Notes under the pieces: generated by a model
Told to the model about the DNA's origin: nothing
Seen by the model: the letters and a program-made list of their open reading frames with translations, nothing else
The model's database searches: none
Made by a program: the position numbers and the translations under genes
Part shown: positions 39,811 through 49,859 of the stretch, piece after piece
How the letters are laid out: every line of letters starts with the position of its first letter
Numbering within the stretch: position 1 is the first letter of the stretch
NCBI GenBank assembly: GCA_963813065.1
Contig: CAWEXP010000008.1
Location: 73,289-137,288, forward strand
DNA length: 64,000 bases
Reading direction: 5' to 3'
From: Candidatus Kaiserbacteria bacterium
GTDB lineage: Bacteria; Patescibacteriota; Minisyncoccia; Phycocordibacterales; Phycocordibacteraceae

Positions 39811-40185
39811 ATGAAAAAGCTCTTGCTCTCAGCGGGGCTGTGTGTGCTTCTGGCTCCGGTGTTCGCCTCAGCCCACGATGCCCCGAACTGGCTGGGCCAG
39901 TACAACCGTGAAGCGGTTGCGGACGCGCGAAATGCGGCCCGCAACACGCAGCCGAGTTATCCCTACTCGTCCCTCGCGCAGGAACGCCGGGCGCTCGACT
40001 ACGAGGTTGCGCACACGAACATTTCGCACTGCGCCTATCTCAATCAAGGCGAAGATTACGTGGGCAGTTCGTGCGACACCTACGAGATCGAATATCGCTA
40101 CAAGCGCATCGGCTACATCACCAAAGTGCTCGGCGACGGCGATACACGGGACTTTCTCTCGCGCTTCGGTTTCCACGACGACTAA
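39811..40185 (+). CDS. Secreted hypothetical protein
   Basis: GGAG RBS, signal peptide, terminator at 40207-40236. Confidence 0.6.
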   Translation: MKKLLLSAGLCVLLAPVFASAHDAPNWLGQYNREAVADARNAARNTQPSYPYSSLAQERRALDYEVAHTNISHCAYLNQGEDYVGSSCDTYEIEYRYKRIGYITKVLGDGDTRDFLSRFGFHDD

Positions 40186-40275
40186 GTGGCGAGATCATGA
40201 CATCACCCGGCGGACCAATCATCCGCCGGCTTTTTTATGTAAAGTGTCTCGGTCAGTTGAACTAGTACTAGTGTG

Positions 40276-40347
40276 TGCTCTCGGTCGGAATCGAACCGAC
40301 ATTGGCCCCTTCGGAGGGGGCTATCCTATCCGTTGAATGACGAGAGC
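40276..40347 (-). tRNA. tRNA-Arg(CCG)
   Basis: Anticodon loop CTCCGAA; GGTTCGATTCC. Confidence 0.9.
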
Positions 40348-40391
40348 GAAGTGAGGCCAAACGAATTTGAGTAATCTGCTATCCTTGCGCA

Positions 40392-41065
40392 ATGGACGTT
40401 CCCGACTATCTCGAAAAGTATTATTGGTGGGCGTACGTGCGTCCCTGGGCCGTGCGGGTCTTCGAGCGCCCGTGGCTCATCAATCTTATCCTGTACGGCA
40501 ATTATACGAAACTACGCGACGTCACTGTGGCCGAGCTCGCACCGAACCTTGGCGGACGCACACTACAATCTCGGCGTGCTACGGCTCGCTCGTGCCGACG
40601 ATTGCCGAGCGCGCGCGGAGCGCCGGTGGTCACTACGAGCTCATCGACCTGTTGCCGACACAGATTGCGAATGCGCGACGCAAAGTTGGCGACAACTCTG
40701 CGGCACACATCCAGCAGATGAACGCCGTCGCACTCGATTTCCCTGACCATTCATTCGACAACGTCCTCCTCTTTTTCTTACTGCACGAACTGCCGCAGGA
40801 CTGGCGCGAGCGCGTTATGGCTGAGGCTCTGCGCGTCCTGGCGCCCGGCGGGAAAATGGTCATCACCGACTTCGGCAAGCCCGCAGGGTGGAATATCTTT
40901 TTCCGCTTCTTCTGGCTCCCCATGCTCGGCATTCTTGAACCGTTCGCGATACCGCTGTGGCGCCACGAACTCGCCGACATTCTCCCCGCGCAAATGGGCC
41001 AGCGCACCTGGCACCAACAAAAATATTTCGGCGGACTCTTTCAGAAACTGGTCGGAACAAAATAG
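40392..41065 (+). CDS. rquA: Rhodoquinone biosynthesis methyltransferase-like protein RquA (frameshift near 40568)
   Basis: VPDYL..YYWWAYV.P.AV.VFER.WL.NLIL.GNY..LRD, ACYG, FFLLHE.P, LEPFA..LW, FGGLFQK. Confidence 0.8.
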
Positions 41066-41067
41066 TG

Positions 41068-41139
41068 TGCCCCCGGTAGGAATCGAACCTACATTACAAA
41101 CTCCGCAAGCTTGCGTCCTATCCATTGAACGACGGGGGC
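41068..41139 (-). tRNA. tRNA-Arg(GCG)
   Basis: Anticodon loop TTGCGGA. Confidence 0.88.
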
Positions 41140-41172
41140 AATTCGGTGACTCTACACTCTTTTAATAATTTC

Positions 41173-41646
41173 TCAAAGCCCGAGCCATGCCGCGACGAGG
41201 TCGCTGATGGTGTGTTCGTGCGCGGCTTCATCGACCTGCGCGAGGAAGTAGCTGTAGACGGCGTCCGCGTCGACATTTTCGAGCGGGATGACGAGGTGCG
41301 GCGAGAGCAGGCTCTCGGTCTTGATTGAGAGTAGGGGAGGCTCGGCGCCCTCAATGTCCTCGAGGACCGAGAAGGAAGTCATGCGCGAAAAAGGGTGGAG
41401 CTCATCGCCAATCATCAGGCCTTGCTCAGTGAGCTGGAATTGGTGCACCTTGGGGTGCTTTGCCCCATGGAGCGCGAGGGCCGCGGCGGCGACGACAATC
41501 AAGAATGCGAGCAAATATTCGCTGAAGAGGAGTGCGGCTACCGCGAGCGCGACGGCCATGATACCGAGCGCCCAATACCAGTCGGCACTGCGGGGATTGT
41601 GCTCGTATTCTCGTCCTTCCCAGGTGAAAAGTGCAGAGCGGGGCAT
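41173..41646 (-). CDS. Conserved CPR membrane protein
   Basis: W...EYEH..RS.DWYW followed by two TM helices. Confidence 0.65.
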   Translation of the reverse strand: MPRSALFTWEGREYEHNPRSADWYWALGIMAVALAVAALLFSEYLLAFLIVVAAAALALHGAKHPKVHQFQLTEQGLMIGDELHPFSRMTSFSVLEDIEGAEPPLLSIKTESLLSPHLVIPLENVDADAVYSYFLAQVDEAAHEHTISDLVAAWLGL

Positions 41647-41745
41647 GGAGAAAGTATATCACCAGGTGCCGGTTGCACTCGCTCGAGCAGGGTATACTTA
41701 TACGAGCGGCACAACCGCTTTAGCATCTCTAACTAAATGCACTGC

Positions 41746-41973
41746 ATGAAGTCATTGCATATGATCGCGTTCGCGCTCCTCGTTATCGGTGGGCTCAACT
41801 GGGGCCTCATCGGTCTCGGTGGATTCGCCGGTGCGGACTGGAACGTCGTCCACATGATCCTCGGCGCCTGGCCGGTGGTCGAGTGGATTGTCTACGTCCT
41901 CGTCGGCCTCTCGGCAGTCATCCTTGCCTTCACTCACTGCAAGGACTGCAAGATGTGCTCGACAAAGATGTAA
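41746..41973 (+). CDS. DUF378 family membrane protein
   Basis: LLVIGGLNWGLIG...VYVLVGLSA. Confidence 0.85.
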   Translation: MKSLHMIAFALLVIGGLNWGLIGLGGFAGADWNVVHMILGAWPVVEWIVYVLVGLSAVILAFTHCKDCKMCSTKM

Positions 41974-42020
41974 TCAACAGGATGCATCGAGAAACCGGCC
42001 CCACAAGGGTCGGTTTCGTA

Positions 42021-43130
42021 TTAGAAGCGCACCGTGAGTGGGGAACCGAGGCCCGTGATGTAATCGTAGTGCGCGCGGGCATCGCAGAGATACCCACAGT
42101 CGCCATTCGTACCGCTCGTGATGTCGCGGAAATATTGACGGGTGCTTGCCGACGACTTGTCGGCGTAGAAATGTGCATTCGAGGCGCCACTGCCAAGTGC
42201 GACGATGGCGGCCCACTGCGGTGCACCGGCCGACGTGCCACCCACCACGTACCATTTCCCGAGTCGTACCACCGAGAAGCCGCTCGCGGGGTCGGCATCG
42301 TAGCTGACGTCGGGAATGGCGCGATAGCCGCCGCTCTTTGGGATTTTGTAACTCGATTGGAATGCCGGTGCTTTTTCATAGGCACTCACGCCACCGCCCG
42401 AACCGCTCCACGCTGTCTCGTGCGCGACAGAGCCACCCGCGGTAAACATGAGTGACGTGCCGCCGACGCCAATCACATTCGGCGAAGCCGCCGGCCACGA
42501 AGCGCCCGAGCCTTTGTCGCCCGCAGACGCGAAGAACACGGCGCCATTTTTCGAAATGAAATGCGTATCGAGTATCGTCTCGTCAGAAAATTCTGCACCA
42601 CCGAAGGACATCGAGACAGCGACCACGTCCGAGCGGCTTGCGGCGTAGTCAACCGCAGAGAGCAAGTTCGCGCCGGAGGGCGTCGGTGCTTCAATCAGCA
42701 AAATCTTCGCCGAGGGCGCGATGGCGTGCGCCCATTCGACGTCGAGCGTTGTCTCCATAGGCCAGTTGCTATTCGCGGATTCGCTCGATTTCATTTTGTG
42801 CACTTCAAGACATCCATTTTTCGCGGTGCAGGGTGCGAGAGTAAATTGTGTATCGAACGCCGATAGGTCACTCTCAATCGAGGCATCGGCGTAGGCATCA
42901 ATAATCGCGATGGTGCCTGTGCCACCAGTCGCGGGGAGATTGTACGCGGATTTTATTTGTACCGGTGTCAGTCCGTGCGGCACTTTACTCGTGCCCGCAT
43001 TGATGTGGATAGGCGGCCGGCCCCGATAGTTTGAAAAATGATACGCGGCGCTCGCGCTCCTCGCGCCGCCGAGCGCGAGTATGAGAATGAAAACAATCGA
43101 GAGCGAGCGTGCGAGCATCGCACTCGCCAT
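42021..43130 (-). CDS. S53 (sedolisin-like) serine peptidase
   Basis: ETTLDVEW, SAGD.G, GGTSAGAP, YDYITGLGSP. Confidence 0.88.
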   Translation of the reverse strand: MASAMLARSLSIVFILILALGGARSASAAYHFSNYRGRPPIHINAGTSKVPHGLTPVQIKSAYNLPATGGTGTIAIIDAYADASIESDLSAFDTQFTLAPCTAKNGCLEVHKMKSSESANSNWPMETTLDVEWAHAIAPSAKILLIEAPTPSGANLLSAVDYAASRSDVVAVSMSFGGAEFSDETILDTHFISKNGAVFFASAGDKGSGASWPAASPNVIGVGGTSLMFTAGGSVAHETAWSGSGGGVSAYEKAPAFQSSYKIPKSGGYRAIPDVSYDADPASGFSVVRLGKWYVVGGTSAGAPQWAAIVALGSGASNAHFYADKSSASTRQYFRDITSGTNGDCGYLCDARAHYDYITGLGSPLTVRF

Positions 43131-43423
43131 TATACCTTATTGATATGGTGCTCCATCACTTCGCGCACGACATCCCAGTGGTGCGGGCCAACCATCGTCG
43201 TACCCGGGTGCTTCTGCATGTAGCCGAGCGTCGTGTCGAGCGTCTTCTGGTCGACGCCCGCCTTCCAGCTCGGGTGATCCGGATCACCCATGAGGCTCGA
43301 ATGGAACGCCATCTCGACTTGGTTAATCTGGTGCTCAGTGAATCCGCGATTCATCAAGCTCGGTCGCACCTCATGCATGAATTCGTGTGGCGTAACGCGC
43401 AAACGGCTTGCTCCGGTGTCCAT
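43130..43423 (-). CDS. Hypothetical protein
   Basis: 97-aa ORF abutting the peptidase. Confidence 0.5.
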   Translation of the reverse strand: MDTGASRLRVTPHEFMHEVRPSLMNRGFTEHQINQVEMAFHSSLMGDPDHPSWKAGVDQKTLDTTLGYMQKHPGTTMVGPHHWDVVREVMEHHINKV

Positions 43424-43492
43424 AGAATAAGAATTGCTGGTAACGGGACTATCGTACCACGGGCGAGCTACTCAGCATTCAACGCTTCGATT

Positions 43493-44062
43493 TTATAGAC
43501 CAACCGCACTAGCGCCGTACTCTGCTTGGGATTGTGTGTATTTATCGTATTCCAACTGTGCAATTAAGCTATCGCGCGAAAAAGCGGAATATGACATGTA
43601 CTGTTTGGCCGCCTTAGCCGCCTGCTCATTCCAGTTAGCACCGGAATTATCCGCACCATAAACCGCATCGGCAGGTGAGAATTGGTCGTACTCTAACTGG
43701 GCAATCAACCCGTCGTGAGAAAATGCTGTGTATTTTAAGTAAGATTGTGCCGCTCGAACTGCATTTTGTTGACTAACCGTTTCGTTTGAAACTGGGGGAG
43801 TGTTTTGACTGCTTGTTTGTATTGCTGTTGGAGTGGGCGCGGTCGAAGGTGCGGGTTGTTGCACCGGTTTGCTCGCCGCAGGTTTCTTCTGAACATCTGT
43901 GGTTTGTACGGATGTTGTTCCAGTGGCTGGGGCGGTAGTGGTTACGGCAGGGGAGGTGTTAGAACTGCCACTCTCTCCAATCACCACAATGACCAAAACG
44001 ACAATAATCCAGAACCACCATTGTTTATAGAACTTACCTTTTGTTTTTTCCTGCGAGTCCAT
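43493..44062 (-). CDS. Ltp-family (superinfection exclusion-like) surface protein
   Basis: FYKQWWFW anchor; two repeats of A...A.SY....FS...LIAQLEY..F....A.YG. Confidence 0.8.
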   Translation of the reverse strand: MDSQEKTKGKFYKQWWFWIIVVLVIVVIGESGSSNTSPAVTTTAPATGTTSVQTTDVQKKPAASKPVQQPAPSTAPTPTAIQTSSQNTPPVSNETVSQQNAVRAAQSYLKYTAFSHDGLIAQLEYDQFSPADAVYGADNSGANWNEQAAKAAKQYMSYSAFSRDSLIAQLEYDKYTQSQAEYGASAVGL

Positions 44063-44220
44063 AAGGGGGTTTGTTACTATCCAACCCCATAATCGGGCTG
44101 GTATGGATATTATATATTGTTTGGCGGTGTCTCGGGGATTCGAATTTTTTAGGCAAGGCCTTGTAAGCGTTCTTTCGTGGGTTTTCGAGCAGCCAGCCGA
44201 GGTCTCGGGGTCGCTTGGGT

Positions 44221-45832
44221 TTACTGCACTACCTGCCCATTTAGATATTTATGGTTCTTGTCTTGGGCGTCGTATTTACAACTGATTCCGCAGGAAGGCC
44301 ATTGATAATCAGAAGGTTGAACAGTAGTGAAGGTCGCTGGATCAGCTCCAATCAGCAACTGACCGCCCCAATAAACATTGTTTTTATCTTTTGCGTATGA
44401 GGTGTTTGGTATGTAAGAGAAGGTTACTATATCAACGCCGGGAATCGGAGTAACAGGTTCGGTGCTGCCGTTTGTAAGGTTACCAAGGGCATATGCCTGA
44501 TTCTTATCTTTTGCATAACCTCCTCCCATATACACAAACGTGTTCGGATCGGCTCCCGGTATCGGATAATTACCGAAATATACGTGCACCCCATCCTTTC
44601 CAAGTTCGTAATTTACACCATCGCCAGCAATATAGACGAATGTCTGAGGATCGGCACCTGGTATCACTTGTGCTCCAGGATATGACGAGGGAAAATAGAC
44701 ATATTTGTCGTCTTTTCCGTACTCACTATTGTTGCCGGCAACCCAAGTGAAGGTGGTTGGGTCGGCCCCTTGCACTATTTGCCCATTTTCGTAAACAGCA
44801 GCCTTATCTTTACCGTACCCTTCACCTAAAAAGATAAACGACGCAGGAACCGCGCCCGGGATCTCGCTGTTTTCGAAGTATACATTTTGGGCATCTTTAA
44901 AGTATGGAGTTGTTGAGCTAAGTGAAATAAAAGTTGCGGGGTCTGTCCCTGCGACAACGTTACTCCCGTAGTAAACATTATTTTTGTCTTTGCCAAATAC
45001 ATTACGTAAAGCGTCTTCGTAGAGTATTTGAAAAGTGGTAGCGTCGGCTTGTGGCATGAGAGGGGAGATGCCCCCATCGATATATATAGGGAAACCGATA
45101 TAAACGTGCTTGGCGTCTTTAGAGTAAGAGTCGAGAGGATCGACTCCAAAACTTAAACTCTCGAACGTACCAGGATCGGCACCGTCCACGCGCCCCAGCC
45201 ATTCACCGTCGACGCCTACCTCATATGCGTAGACATACTCCTTATCCTTCGCAAACCAGGAGAATTGATTTTGCTTGTCGTATACTAACGTAAAAGTGCT
45301 TGGATCTGGATTCGCGACTTGGTTATTCGGACCATCATAAACCTCGATTATTGCGCCGCCTTCATAGATGTGTATTGTCTTTAGCAAAGTCTTCAGTTCC
45401 AAATTCTTGCGCGTCAGAGGAAACGACGAAGCTTGCCGCGTCGGCCCCTAGTATCGATGAAGTTGCGTTACCGTAGTAAATTTGACCGTTTCTTTCGGAG
45501 TAGCCCGATGGATTGCCTAAGGGGAGTTCTGTAACTGGTATCCAACGGAAAGGTTTGTTTTGATCCACGACTGTGCTTGAGGTGGCTGTTGCATTAGTCG
45601 ATAGAGGCGCTTGATTCGATACCAATAGATTTATCACTCCTGGTACCCATAGTTTGTATGTAGCAATAAGACCAAGGCCGATGATGATAAGCACAAGCAG
45701 GATGATTCTAACTACTTTTATCGCCATGCTTGGACCTGTTGGTATCAGAGTTGTCGGCGGCTGTGCCGGATTTTGTTGCTCAGGTGAAGGAGGCATACGT
45801 GCTTCAACTCTAGCAGGTTTCGACCGATTCAA
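44221..45832 (-). CDS. DKNYY-repeat surface protein (frameshift near 45380)
   Basis: TM helix plus many GADP.TF..KDKN.VY repeats across two ORFs. Confidence 0.8.
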
Positions 45833-45920
45833 AACTCGGTTATCAACTTGCGCAACTTAGGCCTCAAGGTCGCACTAACGCCTCAGGCCTCAGGGTTGGT
45901 CCGATACAAAAGTCTTCGGG

Positions 45921-46003
45921 CGGAGGGGGTGGGACTCGAACCCACAAGGCCTTTCAGCCGCTAGTTTTCAAGACTAGTTCCTTACCATTCGGAGCACCCC
46001 TCC
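45921..46003 (-). tRNA. tRNA-Ser(UGA)
   Basis: Anticodon loop CTTGAAA; long variable arm. Confidence 0.9.
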
Positions 46004-46004
46004 G

Positions 46005-46487
46005 TTACTGATGCTTTTTCGATTTACGCAACCAGCTGTGTTGCAAATAATGCTGTTCAGCGTGGCAATTCGGGCAAATCAACTCCAAGTTAGATAGGTC
46101 GTTATTATTTCGATTCTTATCTTTATGGTGCACATGCAGAATTTCAATCCTGTCGTAGCCACACCGCTCACATACTTCGCCTCTTTCGGCGATTAGTCGG
46201 AGTTTTAGGGAGCGCTGATTTTTAACTTTGTCTTTCTTCGGTCGCCCGAGATATGAAATCCCGGCCCTATGTTTATTTGCGCATGCCCGACTGCAGGTCT
46301 TTGCGTTGGCGCTAGCCAAAATCGGAGTCCCGCATACCACGCACGGAGTTTCTATCCTGTTCGCCTTTCCGTAACATGCCTGACTACAAAAGACCCGACC
46401 TTTCTGCAACTCAGCCGGCCGACGATATACCGGCGTACCGCAGATTAGGCATTTTGTATTCGGATTTCTTTTATAATACTCAGACAC
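46005..46487 (-). CDS. Zn-finger HNH endonuclease
   Basis: CxxC..CS..C repeats; CERCG..LHVHHKD..R.NN..NL..ICPNCH. Confidence 0.85.
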   Translation of the reverse strand: MSEYYKRNPNTKCLICGTPVYRRPAELQKGRVFCSQACYGKANRIETPCVVCGTPILASANAKTCSRACANKHRAGISYLGRPKKDKVKNQRSLKLRLIAERGEVCERCGYDRIEILHVHHKDKNRNNNDLSNLELICPNCHAEQHYLQHSWLRKSKKHQ

Positions 46488-46520
46488 TCATCCAGTATAC
46501 CACTCACTACACCGATCAGT

Positions 46521-46793
46521 TTACGCCGGTACTGATGAATGATGCGCCGGCGTGTGAGGGAGGTCTTTGCGGAACCAGATGAGATAGACGATTTCGAGGA
46601 TGCCGAGGGTGTTGATGACGAGGAGGGCGACGAACCACCACTTCTGTCCGCTCCGCGCGGCGTGCCAGAGGGCAAAGCCTTTGAGGATAATGGTCCAGAC
46701 CAGCGCGGCGAGGAGGAATGGCATAAAGAGCCCGACAAACCCGGCAAAAGGGTAGGGGCCATAGATTGGCGAAAACGAGTGTGCGTACATCAT
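46521..46793 (-). CDS. Small membrane protein (DUF5652-like)
   Basis: KGFALWHAAR..QKWWF...NTLGILEIVY. Confidence 0.75.
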   Translation of the reverse strand: MMYAHSFSPIYGPYPFAGFVGLFMPFLLAALVWTIILKGFALWHAARSGQKWWFVALLVINTLGILEIVYLIWFRKDLPHTPAHHSSVPA

Positions 46794-46815
46794 GCGGATA
46801 GGATAGCATGGGAGT

Positions 46816-47229
46816 ATGAAATATCTAGGGGTGGATTATGGGAGCAAAAAAGTCGGCCTCGCGCTCTCGGACGAGGGCGGCGCGATGGGATTCCCGCACA
46901 CCATTCTCCCGAACACGCCAAAGTTGATCGAAGAAATATGCGCGCTGATTGCACGCGAGAATGTCGGCGCAGTGGTGATTGGCGACTCGAAAGATTTCGC
47001 CGGCGTCGACAATCCTATTATGAGTGCGGCCCGCGCGTTCGGTGGGCAGATCGCCGAACGCGCGGGTGTGCCGGTCGCGTACGAATCCGAGGTGCTCACC
47101 AGCGCCGAGGCGCGCCGCAAGCCGGCGAAGGAAATGAAAACCCGCGCGCCCAGGGCGCGCGGGAACGTGGACGCCTCGGCCGCCGCGCTCATTCTTACTA
47201 GTTACCTTTCCCATACGCACCATGGATAA
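46816..47229 (+). CDS. yqgF: YqgF/RuvX pre-16S rRNA nuclease
   Basis: LGVDYGSKKVGLALSD, E.LTS.EA, VDASAAALIL. Confidence 0.9.
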   Translation: MKYLGVDYGSKKVGLALSDEGGAMGFPHTILPNTPKLIEEICALIARENVGAVVIGDSKDFAGVDNPIMSAARAFGGQIAERAGVPVAYESEVLTSAEARRKPAKEMKTRAPRARGNVDASAAALILTSYLSHTHHG

Positions 47230-47560
47230 ACCGCGCATCAGCATCGAAGAATTTTCTAAGATTGAAGTGAAGGTCGGTACCGTGAAGAGTGCCGAGCGTG
47301 TCCCCGAGACTGACAAATTATTTCGGTTAGTTGTTGATTTTGGTGAAACGGAACCACGACAAATTATTTCCGGCATCGCCGCATATGTGGCCGACCCACT
47401 GTCGCTTATCGATCGCCAGCTCGCCTTCGTGACGAATCTCGAGCCGCGCACCATCCGCGGGCTGGAGAGCAACGGCATGCTCTTCGCGGTCGGCGATGGC
47501 GACTCTTTTACGTTCATGGTTCCCGATCGCGCAGTTCCACCAGGAACTTCTGCGCACTGA
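47222..47560 (+). CDS. tRNA-binding OB-fold protein (MetRS C-terminal/CsaA-like)
   Basis: ISIEEF.KIE.KVG, RQIISGI, NLEPR.IRGLESNGM. Confidence 0.85.
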   Translation: MDKPRISIEEFSKIEVKVGTVKSAERVPETDKLFRLVVDFGETEPRQIISGIAAYVADPLSLIDRQLAFVTNLEPRTIRGLESNGMLFAVGDGDSFTFMVPDRAVPPGTSAH

Positions 47561-47616
47561 ACGCAACCAAGGTTAAACCTTAAGAGTCTGACCCAAGGTT
47601 TAACCTTGGTTGCGTT
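47560..47616. repeat. Perfect 22-bp inverted repeat, REP-like
   Basis: AACGCAACCAAGGTTAAACCTT, 13-nt loop, AAGGTTTAACCTTGGTTGCGTT. Confidence 0.7.
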
Positions 47617-47627
47617 ATACTTATCAA

Positions 47628-48716
47628 ATGCCTTCCGTATTTCGCGCACGATTGCACACCGCGTTTCGTCCGCCCCAGTATCTCGCGCCACCGGCGGTCG
47701 GCCTCGATCTCTCGGCGAGCAATTTGAAAGGGGTGCGCCTCTCGCGCGGAACGGGTGGCATCATCCTCGATGCGTATGCCGACGTCCCGATGACCGTGGG
47801 CGCCTTCGCGCGTGGCGAAGTGGTCGATCGTGTGGCGGTTGCCTCCGGCATTACGATTATCGCGGGAAAGCTCGGTGTCAGCTCTGCCGCGGTAGGTCTG
47901 CCCGAGGCGAAATCGTATCTCTTCGAGACACTCGCAAGTGGCAGTTCTAAAGAAGAATGGAAAGTTGCCGTTGAGCAACATCTCGGCGAACTCGTCCCCC
48001 TACCGCCCGTGGAGACTGTGTTCGATATTGTGAACACGGGCCAGGCGAGTTTCGCCGATGCACATGTGGTCGGTATCGGTTTTGCGCACCGCGTCATCGA
48101 AGAAGAGCTCGCGGCTTTTGATGCGGCATCAGTTTCCGTCACCGCGTTCGAGGGCGAACTCTTCGCGATGGCGCGAGCGCTCCTGCCAGCGGGGGACAGC
48201 TCGACGACGCTCATCGTCGACCTCGGCCGCGCGACCACCAAGCTCGGCATCGTCTCCGCGCGCGTGCCGCGCTTCAGCACCACGGTCGCGATCGGTGGCC
48301 ACGCCATCACCCTCGCGGTGCAGAAACACTTCGGCGTCACCGAGGAGGATGCGCGGCGCGTGAAAATTGACTACGGACTCACGCCACCATCCGGCAACGA
48401 GGAATATCTCTCGGCGATTATTTCGACGATTTCTGCAATTCGCGACGAGGTTGTCCAACGTTTTGCGTACTGGCAGAAGACCGCGGCAGTGGGCTCTCTG
48501 CATGAACCCATCACGCATGTCCTGGTCGTCGGCGGCAATGCGTCTATCCGTGGCCTCAGCGAATACTTCGAGAGTGAACTCAAGGTACCGGTTGCCACGG
48601 GTGATGTCTTCACCAATTTCGCACCGCGCGCTACCTGGCTCCCACCACTCTCATACGCCGAGTCACTCGCCTACGCCACCGCTATCGGCCTCGCACTTCG
48701 CTCCTATGATGTCTGA
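47628..48716 (+). CDS. pilM: Type IV pilus assembly protein PilM
   Basis: Actin-fold motifs VGLDLS, IVDLG..TT, VGGNA; ends YATAIGLALR. Confidence 0.85.
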   Translation: MPSVFRARLHTAFRPPQYLAPPAVGLDLSASNLKGVRLSRGTGGIILDAYADVPMTVGAFARGEVVDRVAVASGITIIAGKLGVSSAAVGLPEAKSYLFETLASGSSKEEWKVAVEQHLGELVPLPPVETVFDIVNTGQASFADAHVVGIGFAHRVIEEELAAFDAASVSVTAFEGELFAMARALLPAGDSSTTLIVDLGRATTKLGIVSARVPRFSTTVAIGGHAITLAVQKHFGVTEEDARRVKIDYGLTPPSGNEEYLSAIISTISAIRDEVVQRFAYWQKTAAVGSLHEPITHVLVVGGNASIRGLSEYFESELKVPVATGDVFTNFAPRATWLPPLSYAESLAYATAIGLALRSYDV

Positions 48717-49260
48717 CCTCACCAATCTCTTACCCGAGGAGCGCCGCCGCGCGCTCGATCGCGGCTATCTCCTCCGGCTCGGTACGGTCGCGATTCTCGC
48801 CGTGGTACTCCTCTTCGCCTGCGCGGCGGCGCTCCTGGTGCCCACCGAAGTGTTTCTCGCGGACGCCATCAATACAAAAAATGCACGGCTCACAGTTCTC
48901 AATAATTCGCTCGACTCCGCAGATGCCGCCGCGCTCTCGGCTCGACTCGCCACACTCGGCAACAATGTGTCTGCGGTCTCGACGCTCGCCACCGTGCCAC
49001 ATGCGAGCTCGGTGATGAGCGAGATACTCGCGATTGTGCATCCGAGCATTGTGCTCACGGGATTCACCTACGTGCCGCCCGTGAAGAAAGCACCCGCAAC
49101 GATCGCGGTGAGTGGTACCGCCGCGACGCGCGATGCACTCCGGTCGTACCAACTCGCGCTCCAGAGCGCACCGTTCGCGAGTGCGGTCGACTTGCCGGTC
49201 TCGGCCTACGCGCAAGATGCGAACATTTCGTTCACCATGACCGTCACCCTTGCGCCATGA
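48709..49260 (+). CDS. PilN-like protein
   Basis: NLLPEE, TM helix, SGTAATRDAL; follows pilM. Confidence 0.7.
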   Translation: MSDLTNLLPEERRRALDRGYLLRLGTVAILAVVLLFACAAALLVPTEVFLADAINTKNARLTVLNNSLDSADAAALSARLATLGNNVSAVSTLATVPHASSVMSEILAIVHPSIVLTGFTYVPPVKKAPATIAVSGTAATRDALRSYQLALQSAPFASAVDLPVSAYAQDANISFTMTVTLAP

Positions 49261-49859
49261 GATCTCCCACCACCCAAGCATTTCTCGCGCTCGCACTCCT
49301 CGCGCTTACCGTCGTTGGGTACGGCGTGTGGTATGCGACCGTCTCTGCCTCGTCGGCGCAGGCCGCGAATCTCGAGACCCAGATCGAATCGAAAACGCAG
49401 GCCGAGAATCGCGTGGCCGCGGCGCGCGCGACACTCGACGAGATCGCGAGCGAAGAATCGATTGTCGACGGTTACTTCGTCTCGCAAGCGGGCGTGGTCT
49501 CGTTCATCAGTGCCCTCGAATCGCTCGGCACCACGCTCGGTACGAAAGTGACGATTCTTTCGGTGTCGACGGGCGGAACCAAGAACCAACCACAACTCAT
49601 CATTGTGCTCTCGGCCGAGGGCTCCTTTAGTGCCGTTATGCGCACCGTTGGTACCATCGAATTCGCGCCCTACGACCTCACCCTTGCGGGGCTCGCGGTG
49701 CGTAAGAATCCGACGGGCGATTGGACGGCGTCGCTCACGATTACGCTCGGCTCGACCGTGAGCAACCAGCCCTCAGGCTCGGCACCGGCACCAGTCATTC
49801 CGGCGGCGACGAGTACTTCATCGGTCTTCCAGCCTCTGCCGAACCCCCAAGCATCATGA
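49257..49859 (+). CDS. PilO-like protein
   Basis: TM plus coiled coil; EGSF..V..IE..PY. Confidence 0.65.
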   Translation: MRSPTTQAFLALALLALTVVGYGVWYATVSASSAQAANLETQIESKTQAENRVAAARATLDEIASEESIVDGYFVSQAGVVSFISALESLGTTLGTKVTILSVSTGGTKNQPQLIIVLSAEGSFSAVMRTVGTIEFAPYDLTLAGLAVRKNPTGDWTASLTITLGSTVSNQPSGSAPAPVIPAATSTSSVFQPLPNPQAS

